A stretch of DNA of 64,000 nucleotides from Lingula anatina (taxonomy: Eukaryota; Animalia; Brachiopoda): positions 3,472,001-3,536,000 of the forward strand of contig CM120643.1 in assembly GCA_051362555.1 (NCBI GenBank), read 5' to 3'. Positions 23,711-35,829 of the stretch are shown here, in pieces. Position 1 is the stretch's first letter; each line of letters opens with the position of its first letter. The notes beneath the pieces are model-generated. The model saw only the letters and a list, made by a program, of their open reading frames with translations. It searched no databases and was not told the DNA's origin. The position numbers and the translations under genes are program-made.

Positions 23711-26700
23711 CATCATCATCATCATTTAGAGCCTATAGTGTTCCACTGTTGGACAAAGGCCTCAGCATGCTTTTTCCATTGTTTCCTATCCTGAGCCTCA
23801 GATTTCCAGTTTGGCCAAGGTTTCTTCTTCCAAGACTTCCAGTAGTCATCTAATTCATCCCTCCATCGTTTGACTGGCCTTCCTCTTTTTTTTTGTCCAT
23901 ACCTTGGGGTCCATTCTGTAAGCCTGATTGTCCACCTATTGTCCTTCATTCTTTTGACATGTCCTGCCCACCTCCATTTCATTTCTTTAACTGTGAGCAG
24001 TACGTCCTTAACTTTGGTCTGTTCACGTAACCATACATTCGTTTTCCGCTCTCTTGGATTGATGTTTAACATAATTCTTTCCATCTTTCTCTGAGCTACT
24101 TGTAGCTTGTGTTCCATGGAGGCATTCAGTGCCCAGGTCTCTGAACCATAGGTGATTGCGGCAGCACACAAGCATTGAACACTTTCTTTTTCAGGCAGGT
24201 AGGAAGGTTGCTCTTGAAGATGTCATTGTGTTTCCCATATGCTGCCCATCCTGCTTTTATCCTTCGTTGGATTTCTTTCTCCAGTGTTCGATCACTAAGG
24301 CTGAACCGTTGCCCAAGGTATATATACTCTTCTACTGCTTCTATCTCTTTGGTGTTGACCTTCACTGTGCAAGGGGTGGTTAGTGGTCCAAACATCACCT
24401 TTGTCTTGCTGGTGTTCATCTTTAGCCCACTTTTTGCGCTTTCATCTGCTAACGCCTGTAGCATTTCTTCGAGGTCTTTTGCTACTATTATGATGTCGTC
24501 TGCAAACCTAAGGTGATTGAGCCTGGTACCGTCTATGTTTATGCCCTTGTCCTGCCAGTCTAGATCCCTGAATATACGTTCCAATGCTGCTGTGAACAGT
24601 TTAGGAGAGATTGTATCTCCTTGGCGTACACCTTTCTTGATTCTGATCTTATTGGTGGTCTTGTGTAGTTTGACTGTTACAGAGCTATCGGTGTATATGT
24701 CTCTGAGGACGTCTACGTATCCATCTTCGATCCCTAGATCTTGCAGGGATGCCAGTATATACTGGGTTTCTACTGAGTCGAAGGCTTTTTCATAATCAAC
24801 GAATGCTACACATAGTGGAATGTTATACTGGAGACATTTCTCTTTGAGCTGGTTGACAGTGTGCATTTGATCAGTAGTGGTGTACTGGCCTCTGAAACCT
24901 GCTTGTTCCTTTGGCTGCGCTTCATCTAGTTGTCTTGTTAGCCTTTCAGTCAATATCTTGGTGTAAATCTTGTACAAATTAGAAAGTAGGCAGATGGGTC
25001 TGTAATTCTTGATGTCTTTCCTATTGCCCTTTTTGAACATAATGATCATGTTGGCGTTCTTCCATGCTACAGGAATTTCCTTCAGATGTAAGCACTTTGT
25101 GAAGAGCCTGGCTAATTCCTGAGATAGGATATCTCCTCCTGCTTTTACCATTTCTGCTTTGATGTTGTCATTTCCTGCAGCCTTTCCGTTCTTCATTTTC
25201 TGGACTGCTGACTCTACTTCCCAAGCTGTTATGTCTGGTAGATCGCATGCCTTTGTTGAGATTTCTATTCCCTTGTTGCTGTCATACAACTCTCCATAGA
25301 ATTCTTCTACTCGTTCTAATATCTGGTCTTGTGTGGTGAGCTAATTTTCATCTTTGTCTAGAAGAGTCAGCATTCTATCCTGCCCTAGTTGAAAGGATGT
25401 CTTTGCTCTTTTCATGCTCTTTCCATTTTCGATGGTCTCTGCTATCTTCTTCATGTTCTGCTTCCTGATGTCTTCCCTTGCCTTCTTCTTGATGGTCTTA
25501 TCCAGTTCTGCATATTCGATGTTGTTTCTGATGTCCCTGTTGTTGTTTACCTCCGTTTTCTTCATCATCCGTCTTTTCTTCATGAGAATCCTCGTTTCTG
25601 TTGAGAGCTTTGAGTCCTTCATTTTACTGGCCGGTGCGACTTCTGATGCACATTCTAGGATGGTGGTCGTTATTCTATCGTTCATTTCATCTACTCCATC
25701 TTCACCTTCTAGCTCTAGTGCACTGAATCTGTTCGTTAGGAGGATTTGGAACTCGTCTTTCTTTATGACCAGTTGCTCAATACTAGGTCTCTTTGATGGA
25801 TTTGACAGGCATTTCTGTCTGTCCTTCCTGACATTGATCCTAATCACTCCCATTACTGCTCTGTGGTCACTGCCCGCATCCAGTCTGTTTAGCACTTTCA
25901 CATCCGTGAAGATGTTCGGTCTGTTTGTCATGATGTAATCAATTTCATTTCTTGTACATCCATCTGGGCTTTGCCATGTCCATCTTCTTGATATCTTCTT
26001 CTTGTAGACGGTATTCATGATCTTCAAGTTATTTGCTGTCGCCCATTCAATCAGTAAGTCTCCTCTATCATTCCTCTCTCCGCTGCCAAATTTCCCTGTG
26101 GCACGCTCTTGTTCGTCTGACTTTATCCCGATCTTGGCGTTGAAATCACCCATGACTATGTGGTAGTGGCAGTCTGTTGTCAACTGACGTTGTGCTTCTT
26201 CATACAGTTGTTCTACTTCTTCATCTGGTCTGCTTGATGTTGGTGCATATACCTGAATAAGTTTCATTGAGAATCTCTGATTCACTTTGAGCTTGACTGT
26301 AGCCACCCTTGTGCTAATTTGCTTTACCTCGATGATGTTCTTGCTTAGAGCTTTGTGTATCAGAAATCCAACTCCTTGTTGGCCATTTGAAGCATTTGTA
26401 TGGTACAATATATGTCCACTATTCAAGGTAATTAAGCGTTCTTCCGCTCGCCTAATTTCTGACAAGCCTATCACATGCCATTTAACTCCGGTGTCCTGGA
26501 GTTCAGTTTCCAATTCTGCAAGTCTTTCATTGTTCTTCAGAGTTCTAATGTTGTAAGTAATGATGTTGAAAATTTTCACTGGTCTTGATGTTTGGTGATC
26601 CTTGCTGCCCCAGAGATTCTTAGCACCTCCTGCACTCTGCTGGTCTGAACCAGGATCACCTCCTAAGTTCAGGGCGTTTGTGCGGCTGGGTACTGGAGGC

Positions 26701-26921
26701 CGTGTGTTTGTTGGTCGTTTCATGCTGGATTTTAGGCCTACTCATCCCACGCTGGCCATTGCGGGTTGGGAGAGGGTGTTGATGTTGGCAACACCATTCC
26801 TAGGCAAACTTGTGTGAACACACTAAAGAGCTTTGCCTGCCCTATGTTTGTATACGGTTTTTCTCCGCTAGCTTTATGATCCGGCTGGATTTTTGCTACT
26901 AAGGCAGTAGGGTTTTTTGTG
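23711..26921 (-). mobile_element. Near full-length RTE-clade non-LTR retrotransposon
   Basis: TSD taaaagaat at 23702-23710 and 26922-26930. The (TGA)n 3' tail overlaps the stop codon. It has a single APE+RT coding region and a ~200-nt 5' UTR. Confidence 0.95.
23722..26723 (-). pseudogene. RTE ORF (AP endonuclease + reverse transcriptase) broken by one nonsense codon and one frameshift
   Basis: APE motifs TYNIRTL, IGLSE, QVYAPT, MGDFNAK, NEIDYI, SDHR; RT motifs NYRPICLL, QAGFR, FVDYEKAFDSV, GVRQGD, FADD, YIYLG. In-frame TAG at 25341-25343 (the flanking ORFs share a frame) and a 1-bp deletion at ~24160 (CVLP/AITYGSETW). Confidence 0.95.
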
Positions 26922-27703
26922 TAAAAGAATATCCAGCTTTAATTTCAGTTTATTTTCCGTGAAAGTTGTCTGATATCTTATTGATTCATGTGCCGATATA
27001 TGTTTGCAATATCTACTTTATGTAGGAGTGGTAGCAGCAACAGTTCACAATTCACTGCCAGAGACTTTTTGCTTGTCTTGCTTGTATCTGTAATAAAAAG
27101 TACAAGCTTAAAGCGCTGATAATTGGTAGCTATGTACAGTAATAGAACTAATAGTAATTAAAAGTGAAAACGATAGAAAAAAGCCCTTAAAACTCGCATC
27201 AAGAACCACCACAGTACAAACAGTCACCATTTTAAAAGGACACATACGCGACACAAGACAAAGACGGATTGTCGAGAAGTTCATAAAAATATTAGACACT
27301 TCAAAAAAGGACTTTATAGAGACAATGAATATCTCAACGAATATTATTCTTGTTTTATAATTACGTAATCTTCAAGACGTTAACTTTTATCACGCACTTC
27401 TAACTTCGTGTCCCTTTTCCATGCATCATACGTCACGCATCCCTGTAGTTTGCTTGTTTATTCTTGTTTTGGTACCTGAAGAAGGTTTACAAGCCAAAAG
27501 CTCGGGCATTTTTTTCATCTTTCAGAGTTAACCTTTACAGATGCGTTTTCAATATATTTTTTCGTAAAGATACGGAAGATGCTGTCGAATGAAAAAATGT
27601 AGTTTCATTTTATCAGTCATAACAGTTTTAATTATCATAAAAGAGGTTTGTTATCTGACTCTGGTCCGAGGATCAACTGATTTTGAATTCGGCCAGAGAC
27701 AAC

Positions 27704-27705
<2 letters not shown>

Positions 27706-27738
<33 letters not shown>
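27706..27738. repeat. (GA)n microsatellite
   Basis: Read directly from the sequence. Confidence 0.95.
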
Positions 27739-27742
<4 letters not shown>

Positions 27743-28952
27743 CTCTACCAGAGTCACAGATGGAGTTTTCACTAGATATTCATAGATATGAATAAAATGT
27801 AAGGATGTCTTAAATCATTTTTGAAGAAAGATTCCTGTTTATGATTTGATCGCAAAGGACGATTGCGTTTGCTGCGTTATGTAAAAGCAGTAGGCCTATT
27901 GACGACAGCTATCATCTGAGTCCTCAAGAGGGTCGAACTCCCAACGCGGTCGGAGGTAGGCCTACGTTGTATAGATGAATAATAACAACACTTTGTCTCT
28001 CTCGCTCTTTCTTTGGTAAGTCTTTCTTTGGTAAGTATTTTCCTTACCCGTAACAGCCACTTATCAGTCCCCGAGATGTGAAGCACCCCATTCCTGTGAA
28101 TCTTGAATATTGCGGGATCTATCCCTCGTCCTTAGTGGAACGAAGTCATTATACTCGATGATAGTTATTTTCAGCTCGCCAGACTAGCATTTTCAATGAA
28201 ATACGAATAAAGTTTTAAATAAATTCATGGGATTTGATTATTTTATTTCCTGTGGCCGTGAACTGTGATCACTAACCCCTTCCACCCCTTCCTAGCGGGC
28301 CCTCATGATGAGCTGGACTATATGTTAATAGGGCACAGTCAGGTGTTTTACACGAAAAACGTCAAAGTTGCATTCTCTTAAAAAGCCATTTGTAAAACCT
28401 TCGTTGCCAGGCATTGCGAAAATATAGGCCTACTTGGAATTGAGGGGAAAATTTACAATTTTGAAAAAAATTAACGCGCATCTAATAGGCCTAGGCGCAG
28501 TCTCTAGCGCAGTCTATAAAAGTAAAATACAGGTACTTGTTGCTGTGCAGGCAAAATTGACTTTAGAATATTATCAAGTTTGTTAATTATACTTTTAATG
28601 GTAGGCCCTAATTGCTCTAAATGTGAAGATCCTTAAATGCTCCTTTTGCTCAAATTGAACGTTGTGTTAGCAGTGCTGAGATCCAGCAAAAGTTGAAGCA
28701 AAAAGAAAATATATAATAATAACAATAAAAAGATTTTTTAATTACCTTTTTGTAATAATTTATTCTCATTCAATAATCGAAAATCATATCTTAACAAAAA
28801 ATTAAAAGATATAATAACTGGGAAGCAGAGTAAAACTGCGGCGCGCTTCATGTGACCGGATGTACCGAGTTGTGACCCAGTATTCACTGCAGGTTTTCTT
28901 TGACCTACTTAATCGGGCGGAGCGGGAAAATTTTACACGTTATGAAATAACG

Positions 28953-29228
28953 TTATACTAAGGCCAAGATGTGATAGATACAATACGAGTCGCCGAGCTG
29001 TACGTGAAATATTACGAGTGTATTGGCGAGCCGCAGGCGAGACAATACACGAGTAATTTTCACGTACAGCTCGGCGACGAGTGTTGTATCTGGCTTAAAC
29101 CATGGCCTCTGATTGGCTACTACACTAGTAGTGCAAGAGACCGTGGAACGCACTCGTACATGACGTGCTTGTATGTCGAATACAGCACGGCCGAGTCTTT
29201 TGTTCTACGCGCTAGCCGTGGTTTAAAT
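28953..29228. mobile_element. Palindromic non-autonomous element, Crypton-like
   Basis: Long hairpin at 28976-29091 (gtcgccgagctgtacgtgaaa ... tttcacgtacagctcggcgac) around the core gcgagccgcaggcgag, plus a second inverted pair ttaaaccatggc / gccgtggtttaa. The family assignment is from recalled structure only. Confidence 0.55.
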
Positions 29229-30922
29229 ATTTATGGGATTCCATAAAAGTTTGATCTGAAGCAGTAGGAGATTCTACGATTCCAGCATCCTTTTAACTGC
29301 ATGCAAACACATTCTTGATGACAAAAGGGTGAGTACTTTGTTGCAGTGATCTGGTACCGGAAGTCTTGGGATTGAAAGCGACAGTTGGGCGGGGCTTTTG
29401 AGAGAGAGGGAGAGAGCTGCAGATACAAGAGCTAGATGATAGATAAAGGGAGTGTTATAAGTGGTATTCAGTAGATATGGATTCCTGGAAATATCTGAGG
29501 TAAAACGTAAAAAGTTCTAGCAGAGTTAGAGAGCAATAGTGTTGTCCTAAAAAGTTATTTGTGGGGATTTTTGAAAATTTTGCAGTTTTCACTTCGTCCT
29601 ATCAGTATCTTTATAACTCTAGGTATATCAAAAAAATTTTCAAACTGATCAGAAAGTTAAAATACTTATATCATCTGAAAGGTAATGCAAAAACCGGATG
29701 AAATCATTTGAAATTTTTTGACAAGCAACAAAGATATTGAAGTTTTTTTAACTGCAAAAATTCACCAAAAGTGTCCACACTCTTCAGCTAAAAACCTGTC
29801 ACTATTGACCAGCGGTGATCACTCAGCTGTAGCTGCAGCTCAAATTGCTTGTGACCAATTAGGGCAATTAGGGCTGTATTTTAATCTAATGACCCGGAAA
29901 CAAACCCAAATTGGCGACCGCACAAATTGCGCATCAAATTAACTATATACTTCGCATGGTTTAATTTTCATAATTTTTCTATATAATATTGCAAATTTCA
30001 TAAACTTTATTCTCAATAAATTTCAAAAAATCCCAACCAGTACTTGCCTGACATTTTTGAGCATTTTGTCGAGGCTAAACTTCAAAACCCTGAACAGAAA
30101 CTTCTCAAAGACTGCAACATGGGAAAATCACGTGACCGGATTTTACTCTTTGATTTACAGCTTATTTAGTAAATGGCTTGTATTAGTTTTTTTTACACGG
30201 CGCTAAAAGAGAGATTTTAAAAAGGGGTGCCATAGGCGAGCTGTCAGCAAGCCGATATCAGTTTTACACTTCACTGCCCCTGGATAGTTACTACTGTATA
30301 GCGCCCCTAGTGATATACCTAGTAACTCTCAATTTAGCCATAGCCCTCCAACTGGAGTGAAGTAATGGCTTTGCATGTTAGGAATTCATACATACCCCAG
30401 TATGTAGCCAAGTATAACATCACATTATTACAATGTTACATCTGGACTGCACAATTCCTGCATTGAATATAGTGTTATGACACATTTTGAGGCATGTGGG
30501 GTCGCTTAAGATGCAAAGTCACAAGAAATGTCCCTTTAAATTTAGCTTAAATTACCAATATAAAATGATGACAATTTTAAGTTTGATTTTTTTTACATGA
30601 AGACTTTGCAAAACATCAGATGCATATTAGCAATTTTTTAAAAGTACTGTACTACAAATTTCTGTGAATATGAGGAAGCTGCCAAGTTTGTCTTTGCCCA
30701 GGACTACTGCCAGTTTAGACATGCAAACGAACAGCCCTTTTTGCTGGGAAAAGGTTTCCTCTGGGTAAATTTTCATTTAGGTACACAGTGGTTTCATGGT
30801 AAAAGGTCCACTTTTTAAGGAAACAAAAACCTTTTGAAATAGCTGGCTACAGGCCAGTTGAATGTTTATAATGAGTGTGTCTCTTTTTTGTTTTTTCAGC
30901 TCCGGCACACAGTTTGACAGAG

Positions 30923-31888
30923 TGGTCAAATCTGAAAATGCAGTGATTCTCGATGAGATAGCAGAGAAAACCCTCACTGACCCAACACTAATCAAACTTG
31001 GAGGGAGAATCTCAACAGGAGATTGGAATTAGCAATCTATACAGAAAAGATGAGGACATTGAACCATACTGGGACATGAGAGAAGAATTTAGTATTATTG
31101 AAGCACACAAACCATTAGTATCCATGTTTTACAAAGCACAAGCAAAATTACCACTGAGAATAGAGAAATTGGTGATGGACTTACAAGATGTTGACTATGA
31201 AGTGGTATATGAGCCAGGAAAGAATGATGCAGACCCAGATTATCTCTCCAGACACCCACTGCCACAAATGGGTGGTCATAGTACAGAGAAGATGATCAGA
31301 TGGATGGTCAAATCTGAAAATGCAGCGATTCTCGGTGAGATAGCAGAGAAAACACTCCCTGACCCAACACTATAATCAAACTTGGAGGGAGAATACACTC
31401 ATTATACGTGACTATGTTTTAGTTAAACAGAACAAAAGAAACAAACTCTCAACACCATATGAACTGACTTTCTATATCGTCATGGAAATACATGGTTCTC
31501 AAGTTACTGCTGGCCAGAAGAGTTACAGACAGAAAAACAATCTGCAGAGATGCAAGTCAATTCAAACTGTGTAGCAATGTCGTAAACACAACAGATGATG
31601 TAATGAAAATTCCAGCAGACTCGTATTTGAAAGAAAACACAAATGAGATGAGAAGACAAGATGATGCATGTGAATTGCAACTTAGTGATATATTATAGTG
31701 AAAAGTGACATTGCAGCAACAGACACACAGAATATTCCAAACTTAGATGATATTGCATTAAATACAGAGAATTCAGTTGATGAGAAGATGCCACAGCAAG
31801 AGAAAAACAGTGATCATATTGCAGAACTAATTACACTAGACCAAAGAGAACGATCAGAAGAACAGTAAATTTAAAGATTATGTATTAA
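30923..31888 (+). mobile_element. Ty3/Gypsy pol remnant (end of RNase H, linker, integrase C-terminus)
   Basis: HKPLVSMF...PLRIEKLVMDLQDVDYEVVYEPGKND-ADPDYLSRHP; ARRVTDRKTICRDASQFK; terminal RPKRTIRRTVNLKDYVL. Confidence 0.85.
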
Positions 31889-31907
31889 AGTGACAGTTCA
31901 ATCATTT

Positions 31908-32184
31908 ATATTTAATCAGGATGAAGGTGGATTGCTGTCCTGAGGAGAAAAAAGTAATCTGAGATAATTTATATTTAATCAGGACGAAGGCGGATCGCTG
32001 TCCTGAAAAAAGTAATCTGAGATAATTTACATTTAATCAGGATGAAGGCGGATCGCTGTCCTGAAAAAAAGTAATCTGAGATAATTGATATTTAATCAGG
32101 ATGAAGGCGGATCGCTGTCCTGAAAAAAGTAATCTGAGATAATTGATATTTAATCAGGATGAAGGCGGATCGCTGTCCTGAAAA
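31908..32184. repeat. Minisatellite, ~59-62-bp unit, about 4.5 copies
   Basis: atttaatcaggatgaaggcggatcgctgtcctgaaaaaagtaatctgagataatt is repeated in tandem. Confidence 0.95.
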
Positions 32185-33909
32185 GCTTGAGCATATAGCA
32201 CTCAAGATGTGACTTTATACAATATGAAAACTGAAAATTCTTCAGGATTCAAAATATTCAAGGATAATGATTTTTAAGTTTATATGTTGTAGAAAAAAAA
32301 ATTAAGGATGGGAGGAATGTTATATCCAATACATGGCTGCTGATTAGGCGCGTCTTGACCGGGGCCACCACCTGGTGGATGATGTGGTAATGGGAACGAG
32401 TGTGAAAGAAGCACATGGTGAGTGAGACCCACGGCACCTGGCCATAACAGATGATATGTATTCAACCCAAGGTGGAGCAGTGGTCATTACCCACCGTCAC
32501 CCATCACCATGCCTCAAATGCCTCCTTGCAGGTAGTGCACAAAATTATTGCTTGGTTTTGTTTAACTTTTACTAGTTGTGTTACGATAGATATTTTGTCT
32601 TCTATCCTTCCAATGTAGATCAACAAACCAGTTATCATATTTTGTGTTTCCTTTAAATTTAAATAATTTTTTTTCACTTTTCTTACGTTATTCCTTACAA
32701 AAAATTCTTCTACAAGGCACATTCAACTGATATACTTATCCCAGATTATTACAGCCATTGTTTATAGGCAATTTGTGTGCAAATTTCTCAAAAATTCCAG
32801 AAGATTTGGCAGAGTTCTTTTTATTCAACTTTGATCAGTTTAAGACTGTAGCAGTTGTACCAGTTGTTCTGTTTATTTAACCATGTTCAATCTGAGAATG
32901 TGCTGGTCTCAGCAGTCACAATTGTGTCCAGCAGCCTCCAAAAGACAAAGGTCATTTTTAACTTATCACAGTTCAATCACCACAACACTGATGTCTACCA
33001 TATAAGGTGGGCACTTGGCAGTGTACCATAGTTTTAATATTTTTCCCAACTGGCTCTGGTGGACTGTCAGGATTTTTGTCTTTTCTTTGTATAAAGATAA
33101 TTAGTGTTCCTTCACTTATACATTGTCATGTCTCTTTTTCCAGCTCCAGTCTCCATACAGCATGGTGTCTTCTAGGTGAACTGACTTAACCTGGCTAAAC
33201 ACAGAGAGAATGCATTTTATAAGACTGAAGCAGACATGAAAAGACAGCAACAGGAACATCGTCATCTCACCCAGTTGTGCAAGACATGGGATGTGGCAAG
33301 TTTTAGGATGAATGAACAGCCAGAGACAGGACAGCCATTGAAAACAGGTGACTGGACCTCTTGCAGAGAGCAAACAAAATGTATGGTTGTTTTTTTTATA
33401 CAAATAAGGATAGGTAATTTGTTTCCCCTTTTTCCTTGTAAAGACACAAATACCAATTGTAACATTTTTTTTTTTTTGGGGGGGGGGGGCGTGAAATGAT
33501 TATTTCAATGTTGAAAGCATGATTATTATGAATAAAATTAATGTTTCATTGCTTTAATTATAATGTTAATTTATATATTAATATTCATCAAGTGCTTTAC
33601 TAATCACACGTGTCATTTGTTAAGAATTTGAACCAATTCATCTTGTATGCACAAAAGGCATATAAAATGAATACTTATATTTTAATTTGATCACCATTAC
33701 ATACGAGCAGTATCAAGATATAAATATCAAGTATGGTGATACAAAAATGATTTTGTGCATTTTTCAAAAGCTTCCTATACTTGAATTTCTTATCATTGAA
33801 TTGTTTCTGATAATAGTTTGCACTGTGATGCACGAAGAATTGTTAAGGATATTACATAGAGGATTCACATGCATTGCAAACAGTAACAGTTGTTTAATTT
33901 ATGATTTTA

Positions 33910-34080
33910 GAAAATACACTTCTGGAATTGTGTAAAGAGCTGCTGGCAGACCAAGAGGTCAATTTTATACTGAGTGAGAGAGAGTGCTGCCAGAACCACC
34001 CAGAACAAGACTTCCAAACATGGCAGATCCTGTGGAGCCAGTTATATGGAACAGTACAATTACACAACAAATGTGGGTTC
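33910..34080 (+). mobile_element. P-element/THAP9-like transposase C-terminal remnant
   Basis: LLELCKELLADQEVNFILSERECCQNHPEQDF resembles the P-superfamily motif LL..V.YILSERF.QD.LE.YF. It is preceded by the acceptor 'gattttag'. Confidence 0.45.
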
Positions 34081-34838
34081 CAGGTAACACAAAGAATCAA
34101 TTCCCCCCACATGCATGAAAACTTTAGAGGCAGGGTATATAAAGCAAGGAGATTGTGTTGGACAATACTCTATCACTGAAGACAAATAGACATAATGAAA
34201 ATGTTTAAAAGTGAATTGATATTTCAGCTCAGTTGTGATGTGTTATAATAATTTTCCCCATATGCATGGAAACTGTTACAGTACTAGTAGAGGTAGCATA
34301 TACAGCGAGATTGTGGTAGACAATATGCCATAGCTGAAGAGAAAAAGACATCAGAGAAAATGTTTAAATGTGAATATATATTTCAATGTATATATGATGT
34401 GTTATAAATTATCTCTGTTATTGTGAGGGCATTAAGTTGCAATTGCAAGTTTTATGACATATTTATTATATACAGACACTTTCAGTCTGTCTATATTCTG
34501 ATCACTGTGTCTGTCCAGTGTCATTGCCATAGTCAGCACTTTGTGACACGTCTGTTGTTTACCCTAAGACTGTATTTTTGTTTTAATTTTAATTTCTGTA
34601 GCATCCAATCAGCATGATTGGACTATTTTATTATTTTGTTATCTTTAGCAGTTTGGATATGATGCTACGTATGTCCTGAGTATATCAAAACGAAGTAGCA
34701 ATGTAGATATGTTTGTGTATTTTTGTCTGTCTTTGTTTCTGATTCTGAAATTTATTTTGATTACTAAATATTGTCATTTGTGAATTTATGAAATTATTAT
34801 AAATTCACTGTTAAATGATTTGTCAGGTGCATGACAGC

Positions 34839-35330
34839 AGTCAGAAGGTTCATTGGTCTGATAGTTTGATGATGCCAAGATCCAATGGTTCAAAAGGTTC
34901 AATAGTCAGAAGGTTCATTGGTCTGATAGTTTGATGATGCCAAGATCCAATGGTTCAAAAGGTTCAATAGTCAGAAGGTTCATTGGTCTGATAGTTTGAT
35001 GATGCCAAGATCCAATGGTTCAAAAGGTTCAATAGTCAGAAGGTTCATTGGTCTGATAGTTTGATGATGCCAAGATCCAATGGTTCAAAAGGTTCAATAG
35101 TCAGAAGGTTCATTGGTCTGATAGTTTGATGATGCCAAGATCCAATGGTTCAAAAGGTTCAATAGTCAGAAGGTTCATTGGTCTGATAGTTTGATGATGC
35201 CAAGATCCAATGGTTCAAAAGGTTCAATAGTCAGAAGGTTCATTGGTCTGATAGTTTGATGATGCCAAGATCCAATGGTTCAAAAGGTTCAATATTCAGA
35301 ATGTTCATTGGTCTGATAGTTTGATGATGC
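34839..35330. repeat. Minisatellite, 65-bp unit, 7 identical copies plus 1 diverged partial copy
   Basis: agtcagaaggttcattggtctgatagtttgatgatgccaagatccaatggttcaaaaggttcaat at 34839, 34904, 34969, 35034, 35099, 35164 and 35229. Confidence 0.97.
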
Positions 35331-35829
35331 AAATGCCCAGCTGTTCCAAATGTTTGCTAGTCTAATGGTTCACTTGTCTGAGGTTTCCAATGGTTCAAAG
35401 GTTGTAAAGTCTGAGAATAAGAATTGTGTATGGTGTAATATGATGAGGGCATTTATGATTTTAATAGTTTCATATTTTATTCATTGTAACATATACACCC
35501 ACCTGGGTAGATGAAAATGAAAATATGAATGTTTTTTTTTTTTTTTAATAAGTATCCTGTTAACCAATTACAATGTGTATGACTACTAACTTATGAAAGA
35601 CAATTTTTGTAATTTACCCAAGTTGCTTTTACTATTACTCAATTGCCAATAGGTGCAGCACTGTCTTGTAGATCCTTCCTAGCAAGGAGAAAGATGAAAG
35701 GCAGGTGAAATTGTTTCTGAGCCACCTTTACATTTTAATGAGTACTTTAAACAATTTTGACAATCACCACTGTAACAACTAACTATATGTAGTTAATGAT
35801 GTAATAGTCAGTGCTCTTTTAATCAACTC

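Noticed and set aside
23870-26817. Plus-strand ORFs overlapping the RTE element
   Set aside because: Antisense shadows of the minus-strand coding region.
28083-28300. Similarity to 3498-3690
   Set aside because: A real but short, degenerate dispersed repeat with no definable ends, so it is not informative.
29460-30150. Probable non-autonomous DNA transposon (inverted gggatttttgaaaattt / aaatttcaaaaaatccc)
   Set aside because: I could not define termini or a TSD.
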